This document shows positions 53,291 to 64,000 of a stretch of 64,000 bases of DNA, in pieces (the stretch's first letter is position 1; each line of letters opens with the position of its first letter). The stretch spans positions 28,086,001 through 28,150,000 of the forward strand of contig NC_043014.1 of assembly GCF_006345805.1 (NCBI RefSeq). Direction: 5' to 3'. The notes beneath the pieces are model-generated. The model saw nothing but the letters and a program-made list of their open reading frames with translations, searched no databases and was not told where the DNA came from. This DNA is from Octopus sinensis. Lineage: Eukaryota. Position numbers and translations under genes: made by a program.

Positions 53291-56200
53291 TCATATGCCT
53301 TTTAGTAATAAGAAATTTAAATTACAACATCAATAAAGATTATGGAATCTTTTGCCTTAAATAGATGGAAGGTCAGGTCTTGTATTGTTTTGTATATGTG
53401 GGTTGTATCATCATTTAATGTCCATTTTCAGTGTTGGTATGGGTTGGATGGTTTACCAGGAGCTGTCCAGCTGATGAGCTGCCTGGGCTCTATGTCTGTT
53501 TTGACATGATTTCTATGGCTAGATGCTATTCATAATGCCAACTACTTTACTGAGTATACTGAGTGCTTTCATGCAGCACCAGCACGAGCGCTTTTATGTG
53601 GCACCAACATAGGTGCTTTTTATTTGGCACCAACACTCACAAACCCACAAGATTAAGATCGCTCAGCTGAAGAGGGATGTATGGGATATGCATGTGCACA
53701 AGGACAACCACAGTTTTACTTAGTTTGACATGTATTCTCAAGTACAGCAAACTATCAGATGTTTCTGTCCCTTGTCATCACCTCTGTGAAGCCCAACATC
53801 TGAAGATCTTTTCTCCCCACTTTGTCCCATTATTTTTTCAAACATTTTTCTCATTTTCTACAACTGGATGGTCTTCCAGTCTACCAACCCATACCTTTTT
53901 CCAAGTAAGATATTTTTCTATTCTACTAGCACCTTACAGGTAAGGTTCATTTTCATTCCACTAGAAACAAAACTTTTTGATTATTAGAGATTGTAAACAA
54001 CCATTTTCACTCAAATGGTGCTCCAACATGACTGCAGCTGCATGGCTGAAATGAGTAAAAGAGTAATAATGTTACATTTTCAATTCTCTGAAACTTTTAT
54101 ACTAAAGGAAGTTTCAACAATAAATTCAGATATATGATGATTGAATGAGGTGGTTACTTTTGTACCATAAGAGTGAATAGTCACAGCTAATAGCAGTGTC
54201 CTGACTGCTGCTTACTATTTCAAAAAACTGTGAAGTCAGTTCCTTTAGAAATTACCAAATGATTCTGTATTCTGGATCTTGATCTATCATATTTGTTTTA
54301 GAAAATACCAGAAAGGCAAGATAGAGTGATTTACTTGAAAAAGTAGCTCTCTTGGATCTTAGCTTGAAATGTGATGACTTGTAGTATCAGTTCTCTTTAG
54401 TTGTGCTTATGTAAAATAGATGGAAGTCAGTAGGATATTAATCTATTACTTCAATAGAATCATTTTTTATTTTCTATATGTAAAGCTGAAGCAAATATAG
54501 TTAAACATGGTGAAAAGTCTTGCAATTCAGTTTGAAAATTTGCCTGCTAAATCTACCATTTTTTTAAAAAGTACCATTACACAATATTGCAGACTTTTCT
54601 TAAACTGTTTTCAATAATAATAACAATAACTAGCAGTACCTGTGAAAATCTCACGATAAATACAAAATTTTTTAGATGGTTGCAAGTTTATAGAGAATAA
54701 TAAAACTTAGTGTTTCTTTTGAAATTGTATATTCTGCATTATTTTCATAAGAGAAAACCTTTCAGTTCTTCAGGAAAGGTTGTAATTTAGGGAGCATGAC
54801 TTTCCCAATCTTTCAGCAGTTCAGAGGTTCAATTATAAATCTGAGCTTCACAAATGATTACAGAGAATATTCATGTTACCAATGTTGTAACTTTTAACCA
54901 TATGTTTACAGTCTTTCTGACATTCTCTTTCATTTTCTATTCTATTTCGAACACATTCTCTTATCTGTTGTAAATACTAACTGTATTTTCTTTGATATTT
55001 TTTCCTCATATACACTGCTGCTCACATGCTTGTTCTAGTGATTCAACCCACTGCTTCTCTTTACATCATTACCTATACCATCTCATTCTTTCTATTATTA
55101 GCTTACATCATCTGTGATCCATATTTTATAAACAAATATCAATGTTCAAGTTAGCAGTTGATAAATAATTGCACTTATGCACATGTATTAAGTGATAGGC
55201 GATATAAAAAATTTATTTCAAATAAAAAATAAATACATTTTCACTAGCCACTCATCACGGTCACTTCCATCACCTTCCTCATCACCACCACCATTATAGT
55301 TTTCAATAACAAAGTTCAGTCTAAGTTGTTTCTCAACCAAGATTATTTTCATTTCATTTCAGTTCAGTTGTTTGTTTATATCCATTTTTCTTGCCCTTCA
55401 TGTATCTAACTAGTCTGACAATACAAAGTTTGAATAATTTAAAAAAAAAATATTTAAAAATGAAATAATATCCATAACTATTTTGCTAAGCTATTTCATT
55501 TTCATTGATCTATAAGCTTATTATTATATCTACTATAAGCTTTCTTTCCACCGTCCATCCAATGATGTATTTGTCAATGTGGATAGACAGCTAATTGAGC
55601 AACTGAGAGAAGATATAAAAAAATTAAATATTGTAACATTATTTTCTTGTCAGTCACAATAATATATAATGTTTAAAATTTCCCTCTGCTAAGCATTTTA
55701 TATTTTTCTCTCTACCTCTAACTTCAATAAACTTTTTAACCATGTCATTCCATTCTTCATGTCCTCATTCCTCTTCACCTCTCATGTCCACTAACCACAT
55801 GACAGTGCAATGACATTGGCTGGCATAACATCACTACTCTCATTTTGTCTGCATTCCATTCTTAATATAACTGCCCTCCCCTCTGAGAGAGAGCATTTCT
55901 TTAACCTCACCACCAGAACATCACCCTTCTGCTAAACATTGAATTTCTAATTATTTCTCTATATCTCTCCCGTCAACTAACTTTTTAACCACATTATAAC
56001 TATTACTTTCCTCCTACCTCACGTTGTTAACACCTCTCTCTCTCTTTTTCTCTTGCTCTTCACCTCTCCCTTCAACTAACCATGTGACAGTGTAATGCAT
56101 TTGGATTTAGCATATTAATATATAGATGTTTCACTTAGGTGCAAGAGTATTTTATGAATAATAATTTCAATTATTGAATCCTAGTGGAAGTCAGATACAA

Positions 56201-57038
56201 TCAATTCTGACAGGACAACAACAAACTAAGTATCAAACTAAGCAATTTCACCCTTGAGTCAACAGGGAGCTTCTTCATGATTGATCATCCTGCTAGAAAT
56301 AGCACCCCTTAAATCATATCCTACCATCTTGAAATGGGAAAAAACACTTCATAATATCATTCTAGATACACTGTATGAAGACAAATAGTTATGATAGTCA
56401 CTGTTATGTGTTTGATCATTGGTGTATTAGATTAGTGATCTGGGCTGAACAATTTCTTTCTAACTTTCAATAATAATTTTAGTGTTGGTGTCACTTGTGG
56501 TCATATAACATTTACTACACTGAAATTTTCAGTTTGTTTTTTTTTTCTTACATTTGTTTCTTTTTTTTTTTTTTGCTATGTGAAAGATTTCATCTCTATT
56601 TTTCATATATAAAGTTGCTTACAGAGATGTATTGCTATTCTTGTTAGTACACCAGTATATTTGATGGCTTCAATATGGAAGGATTTCATTTCAGTACTAT
56701 AAGCTGTTGGTAGTAATGTATTATACCTCCTATGCTACCTACCTATTTACATCTATCCATTGAATGGTTAAGTGTCTGCTACAGACATTGACAGTTAAAT
56801 GTCTTCTACAGATAATATATCATTTGTATTACTATATATTAATATATATCACTATACAGTAATGCTCAGGTTTTCGATGTGAAATCAGTTCTGTAATCAA
56901 GTCACACAGTGGGGACAATTTTTTACACTATACTTGTTAAGCAAAAACCTAGTTCATATTGGTTATTAATCTATTTTAAAAATAATTTCTGTATTTTTGT
57001 CAAACTAGTGACAAAATTTGATTTTCCTTCTTTTATAG

Positions 57039-57100
57039 AGAGCTTTGCTGTGATGTCTGTAGATCTGGGCTCCAATTTCATGAAGATTGGAATTGTAAAG
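57039..57100 (+). CDS. HYOU1: HYOU1 coding exon 2 (ESFAVMSVDLGSNFMKIGIVK)
   Basis: AG/GT boundaries. Matches the GRP170 N-terminal phosphate-1 motif AVMSVDLGSxxMKxxIVK. Confidence 0.93.
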
Positions 57101-57751
57101 GTATGGCTAGAAAACAGATTTTGTTTTATATATATATATATATATATATGAAGATGTAGACAAAAGAGAAGTAAAAACGAGAGTATGGGAGAAAAAGAAT
57201 ACAATAGCTAAAAAGAAGTAATGTAATATATAAAATAAAGAAAGGATCTATTGTATTGATTACTGAAAGATTTTCACACAGGTGACTTGGTGGAAATCGA
57301 GTGCTTTTTTTTTTGTGTGTATTGTAATCATTTACATGTTGACTTTTACATGCATGCATGCATTGGTCAGACTATAATTTTATACATAATGTTTTTTTAG
57401 TGAAAGTAGCTTCTTTATTTTTATACATGGAGATTTTTATTATCAAATGATATTTTTATCCAAAAATGTAGTTCATGTATATCAATTCCCACCAAATCAC
57501 TTGTGTGAAAATCATTATTGTTAAGCAAACACTACAATAAACTCTTGCTTTTATTTTATAAATATGTTACTTCTTTTTAACTATGATATTCTTCTCCCTT
57601 ATTCCCCTTTTTTCCTTCTCACTTTGTGTGTAGTTTGCACTATGTGTGTGTTATCTATAGTCTACATTTTTCTTTCTGTGTCGATTTGTTGATCACTCTC
57701 ATGCACATATTTATAATTTCAATTTGAAATTTATTTTCTTTTTTGTTTCAG

Positions 57752-57783
57752 CCAGGAGTACCCATGGAAATAGTATTAAATCT
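57752..57783 (+). CDS. HYOU1: HYOU1 coding exon 3, 32 nt (PGVPMEIVLN+ct)
   Basis: tttcag|CCAGGA...AATCT|gtaagg. PGVPMEIVLN is the GRP170 signature continuation and the phase is consistent with both neighbours. Confidence 0.93.
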
Positions 57784-57960
57784 GTAAGGCCATTTTTTTT
57801 TTATGACTTGTACATAACTTGTAAACAAACTAAATTATTATTATCAATACAGTTAATGATTTTATTGTATGTATTTTTTTCTTTAAATTCTTTGAATTAT
57901 TTTCTTGTTGTATACTTTCTGACTGTAAGCATTTTTCATAGTTATTTGTCTTTCTTACAG

Positions 57961-58039
57961 AGAATCCAAAAGAACAACTGCAACGATTATTGCCTTTAAA
58001 GGAGAAGAGAGACAATTTTCTGATTTGGCTTTATCAACA
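57961..58039 (+). CDS. HYOU1: HYOU1 coding exon 4 (L-ESKRTTATIIAFKGEERQFSDLALST)
   Basis: ttacag|A...ACA|gtaag. Aligns by eye with the GRP170 segment ESxRKTPxxVxxKxxERxF. Phases are consistent. Confidence 0.92.
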
Positions 58040-59498
58040 GTAAGATCCTGCTTTTGATTTTCATGTACTCTCTCTTGCTGAGAACTGTGTGAACTTTATG
58101 AGTTTGGGGATTAACCAGACCAAGAAGTTTAGAAGCTAAATTTTTACTGTTCCAATCCATTATAGGTTTGATAATGACCTTCTGTTAGTGATTTTAGGTT
58201 AAAAGCAACAATGCACAAATTTAATTGTGAAAACCTAAAGATTCCTTTGAAGGATGGAGTAGAGCAAATTGTTGTGGATCCAGATAGAATTAGGGGAAGG
58301 TGGAGATTTGAAAAAGTTGTTAAATGTCAGGAGGAAATGGAATAGCAACTAAAAGATTCCTTGTGAAGTGATGACATGGGCATTGAGATAGTTAAGTGTG
58401 GAGGAATGGTTAGCTAACATTAATGATGTGGATATAAGAGGGAAAGCACTCAGTTGTAAGAATGAAGGACAAGAACAGTGACGAGTTTGGAATGCATCAA
58501 GATTCTGTTTTAAGCCTTCTACTCTGTAGTTCTGACAGAGATGTTGACATGAATATAAAAGGTTTACCATGAGAGTTGCTGTACACAGGATCTGGTATTA
58601 ATAGCAGACAGTAGGGATGGATGGGAGAGAAAATATGGAGGTAAAAGGTAAGAAGAAGTATGTGGTGAAGTGGAAAGTAGCTGGAAGTGACTGTGTGCAG
58701 AATGACTGTTGGAGTAAATATACAATAATTTCTTGGTTTGTTTATTGAAAATGTAGTAGTGTGACAACTGCACTTAAGTGGATGTTGTGAAGAGAAATGG
58801 GGTGAGAAGGCTGAAGAAAGAGGAGTGACTGAGTGAGGGGACTAATGGAAATAAATGTGGAATGCAATTAAAGATTGAGAAAGACATAGCCAATGATGAT
58901 GGAAGAGGAAATGAGGATAAGGGGATTGCTGGGAGATGGCAGGCAGACCAAAATGGAGAAAGCTTTCTATTGTTCTTCATTCATAGTTGTACATTTCTTT
59001 CATTGTGGCTTCCTGTTCATATTTGATATAACTGTTGTAGGCAGTGTTAACCAGCTTATATATAAAACCTTTCCTAATAACAAGGAAGTTTTTACTAGTT
59101 TTCATAATTACTACACAGAACTGAGTGTGTCTATTTTTATTGTTATTTAAAAAAAATTATCCATGAGAACAGGAGCAGGACATATGACCGTTGATGTGAC
59201 TGATTCCCATTTTGAATATTTGCAGGATAAATATGGCAGGAGAGCTAAAAGATACAAGTATATAGAGGCAACAAGGTCTAAAATACATTATCATGTAGTC
59301 TATTTATCAAAACCTTAACCATACAATGCCAAAGAAATTAAAATTGAAGTAGAAACTTGTCTATAAGATAAACAGATGATAGAAAATAACTACAGTATTT
59401 TGTGCCCTTTTAAAAGCTTGATATCTTATTTGTAAAAATAAAGTCTCTATCTGAAATTTCAATGACCTGACTTTTAAGACTTTTTTTCTTTTTTGTAG

Positions 59499-59653
59499 CG
59501 AGTAAAAATGCCTGTAAATGCTTATATTTACTTAATGGACATTGTTGGGAAACAATTTAATGACCCTGCTGTGAAGCTTTATCAGGAACGTTTCCCTTTC
59601 TATACGCTAGTTAAAGATGAAGAAAGAGGTACTGTTATCTTCAAAGTAGATGA
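59499..59653 (+). CDS. HYOU1: HYOU1 coding exon 5 (RVKMPVNAYIYLMDIVGKQFNDPAVKLYQERFPFYTLVKDEERGTVIFKVD+ga)
   Basis: ttttgtag|CGA...GATGA|gtaagt, open frame, resembles GRP170 (GKxxxxPxVxLYQxRFP). The gene continues beyond the window. Confidence 0.9.
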
Positions 59654-60222
59654 GTAAGTGTTCAATTTTGTTTTTTTATGTGTGTGTTTTTGTCATTGTT
59701 TTAATATTCATTTCATCAATGTGGTATAAGCTTGGTTGGTTTGTAATATAGTGTTTATCTATACATCTTGTAAAATCCAGTATTTTCCAAATGAATTCAT
59801 CTGAAGTGTTTTCTCTCACTTGAAACAATTTCATTTAGTTCAGAGCCTGGGGGTAAATTACAACCACCTGCATTCTGTCACTTCTGCTACTTCACATTTC
59901 CTTAATTTGTGTATTAACTATACACAAGGTGAGAATTATGCTGACCATTCAGTATTATTGTTGTGCAAATATTAGATTTAACACAAATCTGTTGCCAAAT
60001 GATTTTGATAGTGATCAGCTGTCAGAATGTCAGCCTTCCTACTGTGAGAAATGTCTAGTACTAGTTTGGTTATTTAAATTGTAACATTGTGTGTCCATGT
60101 CTAGTATGTTATCTGTTCATCTATTATATAACACTATTATGTCTATATTTGTAGATTTTGGTAAGGCATTTCATTACTCTATTAAAACTTACAATTTTCA
60201 TTTCAGTGGAATCATCATTACT

Positions 60223-60263
<41 letters not shown>

Positions 60264-60312
60264 TGTGTACAGTGCTCAGGTGCACTACAACTCATCTAAA
60301 GTGTATATATAA

Positions 60313-63134
60313 TCAGGTGAAGTTTCGGCGGATTTCGGAAAGCATGAGGGCCTTAAAAGATGCAGTGTCATGGCAGTCAACAACTGACGCAGGCAGTTTA
60401 TTCCATGCTTCAGCAACTCTGAGCGTGAAAAAATGTTTCCGAAAGTCATGGGAGCTGTATTGTTTTCTGACTTTGTAGGCATGTCCACGTGTGTTAGACA
60501 CATGGAGATCAAAAAGGTGTTCAGTGTTGTTGTTGGTGAGGTGGTTGATAACTTTGTGGGTGTTTACCAAGTCCGTCGCCAAACGCCGGAGCTTCAGTGA
60601 ATCCATGCCCAGGGAAACAAGGCGCTCAGAATATGGTAGGTGTCTGATGGAGGGTATGCGTTTGGTTGCACGTCTCTGGACAGATTCCAGGAGGTCAATG
60701 TTCTGTGCAAGATAGGGGTTCCAAACTGATGATGCGAATTCCAAGTGTGGTCGTACCATAGCTGTATACAGTTTTAAATAGATGGCTGGAGAGCGGCTAA
60801 CAAAAGACCTGCTGAGTGATGCCAAGACACCCTCGGCCTTCCTGACAATCTTAGAGATATGCTTTGACCAACGCAAATCACTGCTGACAGTGATGCCTAG
60901 GTCACGCTCGCAAGAGGATTTCTTGATATCAGTGTTGTGGAGGGAGTATGTGAACGCAGGGTTTTTTCTCCCAAAATGCATGGTGGTACACTTGTCCACA
61001 GCCAGTTTCAGTTGCCAGTCTGTGATCCATTGCTGCATTGTGTCTAGGTCTGATTGCAGGAAAGAGTTGTAGACATCAGGATCTGTCCTCTTGATTTCAA
61101 GGTACAGCTTGATGTCGTCTGCATATTTCAATACTGTGGCATTCTTTAAATTGGCATCTATGTCGTTAATGTATGCCACAAACAAGAGGGGGCCAAGGAC
61201 AGATCCCTGTGGTACACCCGATGACATCTCATATGGTGTAGAGTGCTGTCCTAGAACTGTGACTACCTCCTTTCGGCTGAGGATGAAGGATTTCAACCAG
61301 TTAAAAAGGTCATCCCCCACACCCATTGCAGAGAGTTTCACCATAAGCCTTTTGTGTGGCACAGAGTTGAAAGCCTTAGCAAAGTCAAGGTAGACAACAT
61401 CCACCCATGAGCCACTGTCAGTAATCTGAGTAATGTCCTCAAGGAACTCGACAAGCTGGTCACTGCAGCTGGAGTTAGGGACAAATCCATATTGTGAGGG
61501 TCGGATGAGACTGTGAGAGCTCCAGAAGTTCCAGAGTGTTTCTCTGACACACGATTCCATCAGTTTTGCAATACAGCTAGTGAGACTGACTGGGCGATAG
61601 TTGACAGGTGATGTGCGGTCGCCCTTTTTGAACAGAGGAATGACACTGGCAGTTTTCCACTGCTCCGGAGTAGCACCATTGTTGAGACAGTACTGGAAGA
61701 AAATAGAAAGCTGGTGTAAAAGGAAGTGCCTGCCACGTTTGAGAAGCAGGTGTGTAACTCCATCGAGACCAGGGGAGGCATAGTTGCGCTTATTTTGAAG
61801 GTGACGTCGCAGCATTGCAGGTGTAAATTCCATAGTTGTTATGGAGTTTGCTGTTAGTGATGGTGAAGATGGTACATTTTGACTTTCAACAGTGAATATG
61901 TTTGCATAGCACTCGGCAATGAGTTCTGCGCATTCCTTGGGGTCGTCAGTGATCTGGTTTGTGTGAGGGTTGCGAAGAGGGCCCACTGGAGAGTGAGGTC
62001 TCTGCTTTGAGTGCACATATTTCCAGAAAACCTTGCTGTCAGGATTGGCTGCTATGCACTGTTCAAATTCAAGCACTGCTTTTTTTGTCACTTGCTTGAG
62101 ATGGTTGGAGGATTTATTCCGCTTCTTCCTGTTGGTGTCTGATTTATGCAACCTGTATTCCCGTTCAGCAGTCCGACGTTCCCTCCTGGCAAGTCGGACC
62201 GCTGAAGTTTCCCAAATTGCCCTTTTGGGGCGGTTCTTCTTTTTTTGTTTACGTGGCACTGATGCTGCACATGCTGCCCATATTGAGTCCAGGATACTCT
62301 GGAGTATAGTATTCACATCTCCAGAGTTGTAGAATTCACGCCAGTTTGGGTGCTGTAGTTCAGTGTGGTACAGGTTCCAATCTGCTCTCTTCCAATCGAA
62401 GGAAGCAGATTGGAGATGGTTCAGGTTTTTGTTGCCCGCAAGAGCCAGATTGGCGATGATCATAGCATGATCAGAGTCACCTAGAGGTTCCTCCGTAGTG
62501 CAATTGATAACCGCTTCAGGAGTTGTGAAGAGCAGGTCCAAGGTGTTGTCGCCTCTTGTTGGAGAGGTGACTACTTGTGACCAGTTTGAGTCCAGCACAA
62601 GCTCAACAAAATCGTTTGCACTCTGTGGCCATTGGAAGGTCTCCCAATTGATCTCAGGATGATTGAAATCGCCTGCAATAAACACATAAGTGGCTGTTTT
62701 CCTGGCAGCAGCTCGGAGGACATTGCAAAGCTGTGTGTCCCGATGGTAACTTGGGGGACGATAAACAACGCCAAGCAGGAGTGTTGACATGGTCATACGC
62801 ACGTCACAGAAAAAAACTTCTTCTTGTGATTCGTTCAAATCGGCACAAGGAATTACCAAAAAATTTGAACGAACGTAGACCATCACACCACCACCACGGC
62901 GGTTAGTGCGGTCCTTACGGAAGAGGTTGTACCCCGTAATGTTGAAAACCCCATCACAGAGTAAGGAATGCGCCCATGTTTCCGTGACAGTGATGAAGTC
63001 AGGGTCAACACTTCTGACGTAGGCGTTGAACAAATGTATTTTGTTGCATAAACTGCGAGCATTTAAGGACAACAATTTGTACCCTGCTCGCAGTTTATGA
63101 TGGTGTGTAGAGGATGGCAGGTTGTTCTGGCTTA
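60313..63134 (-). CDS. CR1 ORF2: APE endonuclease plus RT (at least 920 aa, no AUG at start)
   Basis: NARSL, VTETW, YRPP, GDFN, SDH endonuclease motifs; YLDFAKAF, PQGSVLGP, YADD RT motifs; CR1-type C-terminus LESVQRRATK. The frame stays open upstream into the ORF1 end. Confidence 0.93.
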
Positions 63135-63896
63135 GTTTCCCTGAGTTGCTGTAGTCTTTTTAGTTATTGTGGGTAGAGAGCACTCAGACCAGCTGGTATC
63201 TCTCTTCCACGTTTCAGCAGTCTTGACAAATCTCCAGATTTGTCCATCTTCCCGAAGACTGAAGCTTTCCTGTAGAGCTGAGTTCCTATTCAGGGAAGCC
63301 ACTACATGTAGCTTCGGACGTACATTGGACGGTAAGCCTGGGCGTGTTCGGAAGGTGGTCCGATTTTCCCGCCCAGCTTTAACTGAGGCCAGATGGTAAG
63401 AGGTTGCCTCAGTGGGGTCCGTAAAAGACAACTTGATGAGCCTAGGTTTTGGGCCAGGTCGTCCAAGGCGGATAGCACCCGTTGGGGGAACGCAGCCTAG
63501 GTCTTTGGCTGAGTTGGCAGCAAAAGCCTGAAGATCAGCCATGTCTTCTGGCACCCCAATGGCAATGACTTCATGGGTGGCAGAATCCGCGGTCTTAAAT
63601 GCGACAAGAGGTACAGGTACAGGGAGGTTCTTTAGCAGAGCATTCCGATAAGACCCCTCATTGTGGAGTCCAACCTGAATGGTTGCTTTTATTCCTGCTA
63701 CTTCCCCTTTTAAAGCACAGATCGATTGTTGCAGTTCTGCAAGAACCGCACTGGTCAATTGGTGTTGTTGTTGTTGCTGCTGTTGCTCTGGTTGTGGTTG
63801 ATTTTGTTGTTGCTGTTGTTGTTGTTGATGTTGTTGTTGCTGCTGCTCTGGTTGTGGTTGATTTTGTTGTTGCTGCTGCTCTGGTTGTGGTTGATT

Positions 63897-63931
<35 letters not shown>

Positions 63932-64000
63932 CTGGTTGTGGTTGATTTTGTTGTTGCTGCTGTTGCTGTTCCGCCTCCTCCACGGGAGTGGCAGGGGGAG
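63132..64000 (-). CDS. CR1 ORF1 (partial; polyQ/QNQPQPE repeats, coiled-coil-like and RRM-like parts)
   Basis: 283-aa open frame that continues to the window edge. Heptad-like LAELQQSICALKGEV and RLGRPGPKPRLIKLSF, typical of LINE ORF1. Confidence 0.8.

Larger units (their letters stand above)
60223..64000 (-). mobile_element. CR1-clade LINE, intact ORFs, antisense in a HYOU1 intron; 5' end outside window
   Basis: ORF1 plus ORF2, about 50-nt 3' UTR, (ATT)n tail on the element strand at 60223-60262, CpGs retained. Confidence 0.93.

Noticed and set aside
60202-60225. TTTCAG|TGGAATC as the next HYOU1 exon
   Set aside because: The frame required by the previous exon hits TGA after six codons and there is no GRP170 similarity.
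60263-62332. Several + strand ORFs overlapping the CR1, and minus-strand ORFs over the Gypsy (e.g. 40167-40769)
   Set aside because: Antisense shadows of GC-richer coding sequence with no recognisable motifs.

Overview
AT-rich, microsatellite-dense eukaryotic DNA. The SINE and repeat content looks most like an octopus or coleoid cephalopod (inference, not a database match). One host gene is supported: the 5' part of HYOU1/GRP170 (ER Hsp70-family chaperone) on the + strand, with five coding exons at 51991-59653 joining in frame through GT-AG introns, and an ERSE-like motif upstream. The rest is mostly nested mobile DNA: (i) an intact, very young Gypsy LTR retrotransposon (39159-45032) inserted into a decayed Tx1/L1-type LINE; (ii) an intact-looking CR1 LINE antisense in a HYOU1 intron (60223 to window end); (iii) a Penelope-like element with an inverted pseudo-LTR, interrupted by an (AAT)n-inserted Dong/R4-like REL-LINE; (iv) decayed RTE LINEs, Tigger, hAT-like and Chapaev-like transposase remnants, MITEs and many tRNA-type SINEs. 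The most striking observation is that the CR1 ORF2 has no AUG before its endonuclease domain. It is reachable only through a short -1 overlap with ORF1 carrying an in-phase G_GGA_AAC slippery heptamer just before the ORF1 stop, the same heptamer the Gypsy uses at gag-pol. This suggests a LINE expressing an ORF1-ORF2 fusion by programmed -1 frameshifting. Minimal hammerhead-ribozyme-like motifs, a 141-bp-arm palindrome and a CpG mosaic marking promoter-like regions are also noted.
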